A stretch of DNA of 46,559 nt, from the UHGV virus genome UHGV-0172001; one strand, given 5' to 3'. Source of the stretch: a virus. Made by a program: the position numbers and the translations under genes. Of the stretch, positions 15,361 through 23,675 are shown one piece after another (positions within the stretch are counted from its first letter, which is position 1; the number at the start of each line of letters is the position of its first letter). The notes under the pieces were generated by a model, which did no database searches, was not told the DNA's origin, and saw only the letters and a program-made list of their open reading frames with translations.

Positions 15361-16410
15361 GTGCGGGTATTGCTTCGACCTGTTCCGGTACCGGAACTTG
15401 GGCTGGTGGTGCTAAAACCGGGCCGTGAATCCATGCGGGTATTTCATAATCCTCGAGTACTGGTGGAGCCGGAACCGAAAAGCATGTGCAGTCTGCCGTC
15501 CGGAGTTGTTCCTGCCGTTCGCCAGCCGCTGGCGGAAGATAAATCATTGCTGCCATTTTTCAGCGACGAACGGGTGATTCGTGCTGCCGGCGGCGCTGGT
15601 GCACTGTCTGACTGGCTCCTGCGTCATGTTAAATCCTGCCAGTGGCCTCATGGTGACTACCATCACAGTGAAACCGTCATACATCGTTACGGTACCGGCG
15701 CGATGGTGTTGTGCTGGCACTGCGACAACCAGCTGCGGGACCAGACCTCAGAATCACTTGAGCAACTTGCTCAACAAAACCTGACAGCATGGATGATTGA
15801 CGTCATCCGTCACGCAATAAGCGGTGCGCAGGAGCGTGAATTATCGCTGGCTGAATTATCCTGGTGGGCTGTCTGCAATCAGGTGGCGGACGCACTACCG
15901 GAGGTAGTATTACGTCGTTCTCTGGGGTTACGTGCGGAAAAAATTCGCTCGGTGTACCGCGAAAGCGACATCATACCGGGAGAGCAGACAGCCACCAGCA
16001 TACTGAAGCAGCGCACAAAAAATATTGCGCTACCACCTCACGCCCACCAGCAACAGAACCCACCACAGGAAAAGACGGTGGTAAGCATTGCCGTTGATCC
16101 AGATTCTCCGGAATCTTTCATGAAGCGCCCTAAACGTCGCCGCTGGGTTAACGAGAAATACACGCGCTGGGTAAAGATGCAGCCGTGTGCGTGTTGTGGT
16201 AAGCCAGCCGACGATCCCCATCACCTGATTGGTCACGGTCAGGGAGGGATGGGAACAAAGGCCCACGATATTTTTACGCTACCGCTGTGCCGGGAGCATC
16301 ACAACGAACTTCATGCTGATCCGCTGGCATTTGAAGAAAAGCATGGTTCCCAGATTGATTTAATTTTTCGTTTTCTTGATCACGCCTTTGCAACCGGTGT
16401 GCTCGGGTAA
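15361..16410 (+). CDS. DUF968 protein, YdfU-like, with a C-terminal HNH-like Cys/His cluster (349 aa)
   Basis: CACCGKPADDPHHLIGHGQGGMGTKAHD..LPLCREHHNELH. Same size and position (before rusA and Q) as Qin YdfU. Confidence 0.7.
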   Translation: MRVLLRPVPVPELGLVVLKPGRESMRVFHNPRVLVEPEPKSMCSLPSGVVPAVRQPLAEDKSLLPFFSDERVIRAAGGAGALSDWLLRHVKSCQWPHGDYHHSETVIHRYGTGAMVLCWHCDNQLRDQTSESLEQLAQQNLTAWMIDVIRHAISGAQERELSLAELSWWAVCNQVADALPEVVLRRSLGLRAEKIRSVYRESDIIPGEQTATSILKQRTKNIALPPHAHQQQNPPQEKTVVSIAVDPDSPESFMKRPKRRRWVNEKYTRWVKMQPCACCGKPADDPHHLIGHGQGGMGTKAHDIFTLPLCREHHNELHADPLAFEEKHGSQIDLIFRFLDHAFATGVLG

Positions 16411-16422
16411 AAGAGGTTACTG

Positions 16423-16797
16423 ATGCGTATAGAGTTTGTTTTGCCTTATCCGCCGACGGTGAACACCTACTGGCGTCGTCGTGGCAGCACATATTTTGTA
16501 TCAAAAGCCGGTGAGCGTTATCGCCGTGATGTGGCGCTTATTGTTCGCCAGCAGCGGCTGAAATCAAACCTGTCCGGAAGGCTGGCAATAAAAATTACTG
16601 CAGAGCCACCAGATAAGCGCCGTCGTGACCTGGACAATATTCTGAAAGCACCACTGGATGCGCTGACGCATGCGGGACTGCTTATCGATGACGAGCAGTT
16701 TGATGAAATTAATATTGTGCGCGGTCAGGTCGTTCCTGGTGGTCGGTTGGGCGTGAAGATTTACGAAATAATGCATGACGGGCAGGTCAAAAAATGA
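16423..16797 (+). CDS. rusA: Holliday junction resolvase RusA
   Basis: LPYPPTVNTYWRRRG...PDKRRRDLDNILKAPLDALTHAGLLIDDEQ is the RusA signature. Confidence 0.9.
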   Translation: MRIEFVLPYPPTVNTYWRRRGSTYFVSKAGERYRRDVALIVRQQRLKSNLSGRLAIKITAEPPDKRRRDLDNILKAPLDALTHAGLLIDDEQFDEINIVRGQVVPGGRLGVKIYEIMHDGQVKK

Positions 16798-17615
16798 AGC
16801 TGGAAGATTTACCGAAATACTATTCCCCGAAATCGCCAGGCCTGACTGATGCATCCGCCTCGACATCAAAAGATGCACTGAGTATCACTGATGTGATGGC
16901 TGCACAGGGCATGACACAGAACCGGGCTGAGATGGGATTTTCTGCGTTCCTGGGGAAAATGGGCATTAGTATGAACGACAGGGCGCGGGCAACAGAATTA
17001 CTGGCAGATTATGCATTAAGTCAGTGCGATCGCGTGGCGGCGTTAAGAAAACTTCCGGCAGAAATAAAACCGGCAGTGATGCGCATTATGGCTTCGTATG
17101 CTTTTGAGGATTATGCCCGCAGCGCAGCGAGTAAAAAGCAGTGCCCTTGTTGCCATGGGGAAAAATTTATTGAAAGCGAAGTTTTTACAAACAAGGTTCA
17201 GTATCCGGATGGTAAGCCGCCAGTATGGGCAAAGTGTACAAAAGGCGTGTATCCGTCTTACTGGGAAGAATGGAAAAAAATCCGGGAGGTGGTGAAAGTT
17301 TCCTGTCCTGAATGTAAAGGGAAGGGGGAGATCTCCACTGCCTGTAAAGACTGCCGTGGGCGTGGTGTTGCCATTCATCGTGAAGAGTCAGAAAAACGGG
17401 GTATGCCTGTTATCAGGGACTGCCGGCGTTGTGGCGGTCGTGGCCATGAAAGATTACCGTCAACGGAGGCATTTAATGCCATATGCAAAGTGACGAGTGC
17501 TATCACGCTTGATACATGGAAAAAATCAGTGAAACGCTTTTACGATACGTTGGTGGTTCGGTTTGACATTGAAGAGGCATGGGCAGAGCGGCAGTTAAAG
17601 AGGGTAACGCGATAG
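16794..17615 (+). CDS. Late antiterminator Q, zinc-finger (QuuQ-like) type (273 aa)
   Basis: Four CxxCxGxG-type motifs (CPCCHGEK, CPECKGKG, CKDCRGRG, CRRCGGRG). It lies immediately upstream of a lambda-like PR' and tR'. Confidence 0.7.
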   Translation: MKLEDLPKYYSPKSPGLTDASASTSKDALSITDVMAAQGMTQNRAEMGFSAFLGKMGISMNDRARATELLADYALSQCDRVAALRKLPAEIKPAVMRIMASYAFEDYARSAASKKQCPCCHGEKFIESEVFTNKVQYPDGKPPVWAKCTKGVYPSYWEEWKKIREVVKVSCPECKGKGEISTACKDCRGRGVAIHREESEKRGMPVIRDCRRCGGRGHERLPSTEAFNAICKVTSAITLDTWKKSVKRFYDTLVVRFDIEEAWAERQLKRVTR

Positions 17616-17620
17616 TGTTG

Positions 17621-17660
17621 TTGATTTTTCCCGAATCTGTGGTAAATTCGCCATAACGAT
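17621..17660 (+). promoter_or_regulatory. PR'-like late promoter with promoter-proximal pause element
   Basis: TTGATT - 16 nt - TAAATT, then AACGATGGG at 17655. Lambda PR' reads GGGTAAATTTGACTCAACGATGGG. Confidence 0.65.
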
Positions 17661-17695
17661 GGGCTTTTTGTGCCTGACGTTAGCGTGATTTCTAC

Positions 17696-17720
17696 AGCCC
17701 GCCAGCGAGCGGGTTTTTTG
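17696..17720 (+). terminator. tR'-like terminator
   Basis: CCCGC cagcga GCGGG followed by TTTTTT, about 50 nt after the predicted start. Confidence 0.7.
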
Positions 17721-17880
17721 TTGTGATAGATAACAACTCCAGGTGGCATTCATTAGTGAATATTAGTTAATGTGTGCTGCCATGCGTTAAAAGATGTCAA
17801 TTCGTTATTGACCGATATCAAATTATGGAAAGATGAATATCATTACTATTGAAAATTCGTTGTTTCAATAGGTGATATTT

Positions 17881-18597
17881 ATGCATAAACTAATTAAGCT
17901 GTTTTCATTTTTTATTGCACTATCGATATCTCAGTGTTATGCCACTAGTAATGAATTCATAAGCGCCAGTAACAGTAGGGCATTTTCATTTTTTTTGCCT
18001 ACAGGGCAAGCAATGGCTATCCAGTATCTTGATGGACTTAAAAGATATTCAGCGAGCGAGATTATAGACGACTTCAATAATAATGAATTGAGAGCGAAGA
18101 AAAAGTATAAAGATGTATTCATCATAAACTCAACAGCGCGGGCGATTAAGCAAGACCTTGATGATAGGTTTTTTGTTCTGCTAAGGGATGGTAATAGTGG
18201 ATTTGAATCGTTTTATGCTTACTATGATAAGAAATCAGAAGGTGACTTAGAGTTTCTTAACGAAGGTGATAATGTGGAGTTTATTTGCTCCAATGTTAAA
18301 AACATCATTATGCCAAGAGCGGAATGTTTTTCTATCGCTTTAAATCTTGAATCTCAAAATATTCAGGGAAATCCTATAAGATTTTTTGATAATGCTTATA
18401 AGTTGCAAAACACTTATAAGGCTACAAAAATAACATTTATACTTTATTCTCTTCTGAAGGATAAAATTGAAAAGGACTGCGAAGAATCTATTGAAGCATG
18501 CAACCTAGCTGCCAGGAAGTTTACGGATAATGGCGCATTACTTGACTCCATGCTTGAACCTTATGCGGATATGTTAAGTAAAATCGGTAACAATTAA
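17881..18597 (+). CDS. AT-rich moron: secreted protein with a tRNA_anti-like OB-fold segment (238 aa)
   Basis: N-terminal signal sequence MHKLIKLFSFFIALSISQCYA. SASEIIDDFNNNELRAKKKYKDVFIINSTARAI...GDNVEFICSNV resembles the pfam tRNA_anti-like pattern. Strong compositional shift. Confidence 0.6.
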   Translation: MHKLIKLFSFFIALSISQCYATSNEFISASNSRAFSFFLPTGQAMAIQYLDGLKRYSASEIIDDFNNNELRAKKKYKDVFIINSTARAIKQDLDDRFFVLLRDGNSGFESFYAYYDKKSEGDLEFLNEGDNVEFICSNVKNIIMPRAECFSIALNLESQNIQGNPIRFFDNAYKLQNTYKATKITFILYSLLKDKIEKDCEESIEACNLAARKFTDNGALLDSMLEPYADMLSKIGNN

Positions 18598-18609
18598 CAA
18601 GGTTACATT

Positions 18610-18640
18610 CCAGCCATCCTGCCAGGGCTGCTTTTTTTTA
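18610..18640 (+). terminator. Intrinsic terminator after the moron
   Basis: CAGCC atcctgccag GGCTG, then C and TTTTTTTT. Confidence 0.6.
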
Positions 18641-18720
18641 CCTCATTTACATCTATTGCTTGCTGGCTTTTTCGACAAGAGTTATTGGTATGTCACGTTA
18701 ACCAGAAAAGGGAAAAAGAC

Positions 18721-18918
18721 ATGCTAAAACAGCAGGATATGACCGAAACCGCCAGAGTGGTGTTTAATGAGTTAAGCGTCAGCGAACCGGCGACCGTCGG
18801 GGAGATTGCACAGAATACTTACCTTTCACGCGAACGCTGCCAGTTAATACTGACCCAGCTTGTTATGGCGGGTCTGGCAGATTATCAGTTCGGTTGTTAC
18901 AGACGCCTTCCGCAGTGA
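18721..18918 (+). CDS. Small winged-helix-like protein (65 aa)
   Basis: MLKQQDMTETARVVFNELSVSEPATVGEIAQNTYLSRERCQLILTQLVMAGL. A hairpin plus T-run follows its stop. Confidence 0.5.
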   Translation: MLKQQDMTETARVVFNELSVSEPATVGEIAQNTYLSRERCQLILTQLVMAGLADYQFGCYRRLPQ

Positions 18919-19068
18919 AGGCTTTTTAATTTGTGGTAATGGGCGGCTGGTGGGTGTTAGCGGCACCTGCCAGCCATCTGCTCATGCGTTGGGGTCACAA
19001 GCAAACCTCAGGCCCATCTGCTTTGCGCAAAAGCAGAATGAGCCTATCAGAGAAGTGCTTATTGATCT

Positions 19069-20115
19069 ATGGCTAATACTGTAAAAATATCCAGTTGTGA
19101 GTTAATCAACGCTGATTGCCTGGAATTTATCCAGACCTTACCGGAAAACTCTGTCGATCTGATAGTCACAGACCCGCCATACTTTAAAGTGAAGCCCGAA
19201 GGCTGGGATAACCAGTGGAAGGGTGACGATGATTATCTGAAATGGCTGGACCAGTGTCTGGCGCAATTCTGGCGGGTATTAAAGCCTGCCGGAAGTCTTT
19301 ACCTGTTCTGTGGTCATCGCCTGGCATCTGATATCGAAATCATGATGCGTGAACGCTTTAATGTGCTGAACCACATTATCTGGGCGAAGCCGTCCGGGCG
19401 CTGGAACGGGTGCAACAAGGAAAGCCTGCGGGCGTATTTTCCGGCAACAGAACGCATTCTGTTTGCTGAACATTATCAGGGGCCATACCAGCCCAAAAAT
19501 GACGGCTATGCGGCAAAGGGGCGCGAGCTAAAACAGCACGTCATGGCCCCGCTGATTTCTTACTTTCGTGATGCGCGTGAATTACTGGGAATAACGTCAA
19601 AACAGATAGCGGAAGCCACCGGAAAGAAAAACATGGCTTCGCACTGGTTTGGCACCAGTCAGTGGCAGTTGCCGAACGAAGGCGATTATCTGAAATTACA
19701 GGCGTTGTTTGCGCGTGTTGCAGCAGAAAAACATCAGCGCGGTGAACTGGAAAAGCCACACCACCAGCTGGTCAGCACATACAGTGAACTGAACCGGCAA
19801 TATGCCAGTCTGCTGGAGGAGTACAAATCCCTGCGGCGTTATTTTTCCGTATCGGCTGCCGTTCCGTATACGGATGTCTGGACGCACAAGCCTGTGCAGT
19901 ATTACCCCGGCAAACATCCCTGTGAGAAACCGGCGGATATGTTGCGTCAGATAATTACCGCCAGCAGCCATCCGGGAGATTTGGTCGCTGATTTTTTTAT
20001 GGGGTCGGGGTCAACAATAAAAGCAGCATTATCGCTGGGAAGGCGTGCAATAGGTGTGGAACTGGAAGAAGAGAGATTTAACCAGACTGTAATTGAAATA
20101 AAAAATAATCGTTAA
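19069..20115 (+). CDS. Beta-class N6-adenine/N4-cytosine DNA methyltransferase (348 aa)
   Basis: Motif IV IVTDPPYF lies near the N-terminus and motif I DFFMGSGST near the C-terminus. No adjacent endonuclease. Confidence 0.85.
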   Translation: MANTVKISSCELINADCLEFIQTLPENSVDLIVTDPPYFKVKPEGWDNQWKGDDDYLKWLDQCLAQFWRVLKPAGSLYLFCGHRLASDIEIMMRERFNVLNHIIWAKPSGRWNGCNKESLRAYFPATERILFAEHYQGPYQPKNDGYAAKGRELKQHVMAPLISYFRDARELLGITSKQIAEATGKKNMASHWFGTSQWQLPNEGDYLKLQALFARVAAEKHQRGELEKPHHQLVSTYSELNRQYASLLEEYKSLRRYFSVSAAVPYTDVWTHKPVQYYPGKHPCEKPADMLRQIITASSHPGDLVADFFMGSGSTIKAALSLGRRAIGVELEEERFNQTVIEIKNNR

Positions 20116-20284
20116 ATGTGTGTATCATCATTTCTGCATTTTATGAATAATAGAAATTTATACATATATTTACGAATATTGACACGGTTTTTAATTGAAA
20201 AAGTATCTGTCCTCATTAATATTCTTTTTCGGTTCCGAGGGGGATGTAAAGCGCGGTCATTTTTATTTTTCCTGAGGAACCAAT

Positions 20285-20360
<76 letters not shown>

Positions 20361-20363
20361 TAT

Positions 20364-20438
<75 letters not shown>

Positions 20439-20800
20439 GCATTTGAAATAAGCCTTATTGTATTGCAGCACTGGCGTATTTTTTATTACGTGGGAGCAGG
20501 TTGTTTTGAAAAAGCATTCTGTTCTCTGGCTATGATTTGAGGCCAGGTTAGCCTCAGTGCTGATTTTTCTGCGACAGCAGAATGGTGCATTGCTGGTGGA
20601 GATTTTGTATTTCCTGGCAGGGTCGGTGATGCATCATTCTGGTGTTGTAAATAACACCACCGGGGTGTTCCTCAGAGCGAGGGTGGTTAAAAGAGTCGGT
20701 TTAACGGGAAATCACAGTATTCATACAGGACGGAATACTTCGGGAGGCACCCGACACCTCGGTTTTATTACAATTAAGAATGTATTTCTTGCATTGACCA

Positions 20801-20826
20801 ACCGCCGTATCCGGCGGTTTTTTTTA
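20801..20826 (+). terminator. Intrinsic terminator 1 of 3 upstream of the lysis genes
   Basis: CCGCCG tatc CGGCGG followed by TTTTTTTT. Confidence 0.7.
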
Positions 20827-20847
20827 TTCAGAATCTCGTTTCTTTAT

Positions 20848-20872
20848 GGTTCGCTGCGGCGGGCCTTTTTTA
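20848..20872 (+). terminator. Intrinsic terminator 2 of 3
   Basis: GGTTCGC tgcg GCGGGCC (two G:U pairs) followed by TTTTTT. Confidence 0.5.
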
Positions 20873-20957
20873 TATCTGCGTTTCACTCAACGTGTATTGA
20901 ATCTGAATACATCACATAAAAGACATCGGTGGATGCCTTCGACGGGGTGTTTTATTA

Positions 20958-20981
20958 CGGGCCGCTGGCGGCCCTTTTTTA
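20958..20981 (+). terminator. Intrinsic terminator 3 of 3
   Basis: GGGCCGC..GCGGCCC followed by TTTTTT, 20 nt before the holin RBS. Confidence 0.6.
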
Positions 20982-20999
20982 TTTACAGGAGAAAAAAGT

Positions 21000-21392
21000 A
21001 TGTCTGAACCCTTGTCCGGTTCCGGCACGGCTGCGGCGCTCGGTGGGGCGACGGTATTCGGGCTGTTTACCGGAACGGATTTCGGGATTGTGTTTGGTGC
21101 GTTCGCCGGGGCGTTATTTGTGGCAACGATGCCGCAGGCGCTTTCAGCCTGGCGTGTGGCGGCGCATTTTCTGGTGTCGTTCATTATCGGCGTGCTGGGC
21201 GCAGAGGTTCTGGCATCCTGGCTGGTAAAGCATACAGGGTTTGACGGTGCACCTGTTGACGCACTGTGTGCAGTACTGGTGTCAGTGGTGTCGGTGAAGA
21301 TTCTGTCATTCATCCACCAGCAGGATATTGCATCACTGGTGTCCGGCCTGTTCTCCCGTCTGCGTGGCGGAGGAGGCGGCAATGTTAAGTAA
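21000..21392 (+). CDS. Putative holin (130 aa, three TM segments)
   Basis: AGGAG RBS. Three hydrophobic helices, then a charged C-terminus. First gene of the lysis cassette. Confidence 0.6.
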   Translation: MSEPLSGSGTAAALGGATVFGLFTGTDFGIVFGAFAGALFVATMPQALSAWRVAAHFLVSFIIGVLGAEVLASWLVKHTGFDGAPVDALCAVLVSVVSVKILSFIHQQDIASLVSGLFSRLRGGGGGNVK

Positions 21393-21657
21393 CCTTCCCG
21401 GATTACTGAATGTGGCGTTATGCACGGTTATCGTGCTGACGCTCTTTTTTTATCGTCGCCGTGATTCCAGACATAAACCGCTGATGTCATGGCTGGCCTG
21501 GCTGCTGATGCTGCTGTATGCCTTTGCGCCCCTCAGCTATCTGTGTGGTCGCCCGTTAGCAACGGGCTGGCTGGAAGTGTTTTTTAACCTGCTGTTCTGC
21601 GTGCTGGTGATACGCGCACGCGGGAACGTCACAAAAATCTTTCCATTGTTGAGGTGA
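21382..21657 (+). CDS. Second holin/antiholin-like membrane protein (91 aa)
   Basis: GGAGGAGG RBS before ATG 21382, overlapping the previous stop. Three hydrophobic segments. Confidence 0.55.
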   Translation: MLSNLPGLLNVALCTVIVLTLFFYRRRDSRHKPLMSWLAWLLMLLYAFAPLSYLCGRPLATGWLEVFFNLLFCVLVIRARGNVTKIFPLLR

Positions 21658-21659
21658 AT

Positions 21660-22037
21660 ATGTCGGGTAAATTCAGATTTAGTCGTCGCAGCGAAAAGAA
21701 TCTGGAGGGCGTTAAACCACAGCTGGTTGCTGTCGTTCGCCGTGCGCTGGAGCTGACGGAGGTTGATTTCGGTATTACGGAAGGCCTGCGCAGTAAGTAT
21801 CGCCAGAAACAGCTGGTCGCGGAAGGGAAAAGCCAGACCATGAACAGCCGCCACCTGACCGGTGATGCGGTGGATGTTGTGGCCTACATTGGCAGCCAGG
21901 TGTCATGGGACTGGCCTCTGTACGAGAAAATCGCGCAGGCATTTAAGCAGGCTGCTGCAGAGCTGGGGACTGCCATCGAATGGGGCGGGGACTGGAAAAC
22001 ACTGAAAGACGGGCCTCACTTTCAGTTGAAACGCTGA
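21660..22037 (+). CDS. Endolysin, peptidase M15 family (L-alanyl-D-glutamate peptidase, T5 Lys-like)
   Basis: FRFSRRSEKNLEGVKPQLVAVVRRALELTEVDFGITEGLR...SRHLTGDAVD...GGDW...DGPHFQL carries the H..D...H zinc ligands and is colinear with the T5 endolysin as I recall it. Confidence 0.8.
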   Translation: MSGKFRFSRRSEKNLEGVKPQLVAVVRRALELTEVDFGITEGLRSKYRQKQLVAEGKSQTMNSRHLTGDAVDVVAYIGSQVSWDWPLYEKIAQAFKQAAAELGTAIEWGGDWKTLKDGPHFQLKR

Positions 22038-22051
22038 TAACCAGGTGTGTT

Positions 22052-22249
22052 ATGAGCAGAAAACACTGGACGCACAGAATGCCGCGAACGGCGGCGAAAT
22101 GGGTACTGGTAGAGATACTGGTGCCTTTTTTATTGGTGGGATGCGTCAGCCTGGATAAAGCGCGTCAGCTTTTCGATACAGCCTCTCAGGTCTGTGAAAT
22201 TGTCGACGCTGTTAGATGCTGCGTTAAAATAAATGATCATTATCAATGA
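22052..22249 (+). CDS. Cys-rich lipoprotein (lipobox LLVGC) in the spanin position
   Basis: MSRKHWTHRMPRTAAKWVLVEILVPFLLVGC, then a 35-aa mature part with 4 further Cys. Neither proline-rich like Rz1 nor TM-anchored like a u-spanin. Confidence 0.5.
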   Translation: MSRKHWTHRMPRTAAKWVLVEILVPFLLVGCVSLDKARQLFDTASQVCEIVDAVRCCVKINDHYQ

Positions 22250-22307
22250 GTTAGATTGTGCCCGGTGATAATTTCTCCATGCGTACGCAACAATTGGAGA
22301 AATACGT

Positions 22308-22514
22308 ATGAAGTACTATGTTCACACTCTTGAAGATGCTCAGAACGATCACGAAGTTCATACAGAAACTTGTTTTCGACTTCCTGACGCAAACAATCGT
22401 AAGGAGCTGGGTGAGTTTAACTCATGCGAGCCAGCTGTGAGGGCTGCAAAAAATCTGGGCTACACAAGAGCAAATGGGTGTTACTGGTGCTGTAGAGATT
22501 GCCATACATCCTGA
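22308..22514 (+). CDS. Small Cys/His-rich hypothetical protein (68 aa)
   Basis: GGAGAAA RBS. ...HTETCFRLP...NSCEPAV...NGCYWCCRDCHTS. A terminator follows. Confidence 0.5.
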   Translation: MKYYVHTLEDAQNDHEVHTETCFRLPDANNRKELGEFNSCEPAVRAAKNLGYTRANGCYWCCRDCHTS

Positions 22515-22537
22515 CAGAAGATGTGAACTTAATGGTA

Positions 22538-22561
22538 AAGGTCGCTTCGGCGGCCTTTTTT
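22538..22561 (+). terminator. Intrinsic terminator
   Basis: GGTCGC ttcg GCGGCC followed by TTTTTTT. Confidence 0.65.
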
Positions 22562-22593
22562 ATTGCTCAAAAAACGAAAGAACGGAGGTACGT

Positions 22594-22875
22594 ATGTACG
22601 CACTGAAAAAAATTACGGTAACTGAAGATGGTCGCCAGGTTGAGGAAGTGCATGTCCTTGGGGATATGTATCGCCTGGAGTTCTATCCGCGTGACACTCA
22701 TCTTGCTGCAAAAATTGAGTATTGCCGGGACGGGAATACTCCATGTATTCCGGTAGAAAAAGAGGATGAGGTTTACATTACCACACTGACCGGAGACACG
22801 GTGCGTTGTATCTGTCGCGGTGACAGTAAAGCCCGGGATGAAATAGCCAGATGTCGCACTCATACCAGTAAATAA
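22594..22875 (+). CDS. Hypothetical protein (93 aa)
   Basis: GGAGG RBS 6 nt before ATG 22594. No motif recognised. Confidence 0.5.
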   Translation: MYALKKITVTEDGRQVEEVHVLGDMYRLEFYPRDTHLAAKIEYCRDGNTPCIPVEKEDEVYITTLTGDTVRCICRGDSKARDEIARCRTHTSK

Positions 22876-23138
22876 AAAGTAAAGTCCCGGCTGCGCCAAT
22901 TATTTGATGCAGCTCCTCAGGCCTGTCCGCTGATTGATGGCATCCGGCAGTGTCTGCAGAACTGATCGCCTGTAAGAGCAGAATATTTCGCTGAAAAATG
23001 AAGGATGCGCCAGCGTCCGGAAAGCATGAAATTCTGCTGTGTGTGTCAATTTGTCTTATACATTCTGAATCTTGCCGAATCAGGATGAACTTTGAACAAC
23101 AGCCCGGGCGGCAAGGGGCATTTTTATCCGGAGGGGAT

Positions 23139-23363
23139 ATGAAGAGATTACTGGTAACCGTAAAGCCCTTTAACGGAACGATTCCATTCAGGGTTTTGCA
23201 GCGTGGACGTGTTCTGGTTAAGGATATCTTCAGTGGTAAATGCACGGAGTGTTATTCCCGGACATATGAAGTGGATGCCACGGATGAAGAAATTTCTGTT
23301 GAATGTGATCTGAACGCAAATATGGCGGGGATTGTAACGGCCACGTTGTTGCCTATTTCATGA
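23139..23363 (+). CDS. Hypothetical protein (74 aa)
   Basis: GGAGGGG RBS before ATG 23139. The longer track ORF (from 22998) has an implausible N-terminus. Confidence 0.45.
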   Translation: MKRLLVTVKPFNGTIPFRVLQRGRVLVKDIFSGKCTECYSRTYEVDATDEEISVECDLNANMAGIVTATLLPIS

Positions 23364-23403
23364 ATGACATAGAATGTCTCTGGGTACCCAAAAGGAGAAC
23401 ACT

Positions 23404-23619
23404 ATGTTTGTAGAAAATAACCTGAAGGCTGATCCTGATAATCAGGGATGGGTTCTGGGTTGGGCTGTAGTACGTGACAAACCCTGGCATCTGGTCGGCA
23501 TTTATGCAACGGAGGATGGCGCAAAGTCTAAACGCTCTGAATTGAATGGGGAGTATGAAGTTCGTTATGGTTCCCATCGTTTAGGTAGTGATGATTTTAT
23601 GTCTGTCGGACTTAGCTAA
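23404..23619 (+). CDS. Hypothetical protein (71 aa)
   Basis: AAGGAG RBS before ATG 23404. A terminator follows. Confidence 0.5.
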   Translation: MFVENNLKADPDNQGWVLGWAVVRDKPWHLVGIYATEDGAKSKRSELNGEYEVRYGSHRLGSDDFMSVGLS

Positions 23620-23640
23620 CTGGCTGTGATGCCTGTTTGT

Positions 23641-23666
23641 AGCCCCGCAAATGCGGGGCTTTTTTA
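23641..23666 (+). terminator. Intrinsic terminator
   Basis: AGCCCCGC aaat GCGGGGCT followed by TTTTT. Confidence 0.75.
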
Positions 23667-23675
23667 TATCTGGAG

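Noticed and set aside
20557-20919. 120-aa plus-strand ORF after the tRNAs
   Set aside because: It has a GTG start without an RBS and reads through two intrinsic terminator hairpins. Its composition is basic and hydrophobic and looks like junk.
20912-21382. 156-aa minus-strand ORF (Pro/Arg/Ala-rich)
   Set aside because: It is fully antisense to the holin gene, which has an RBS, TM helices and the correct context.
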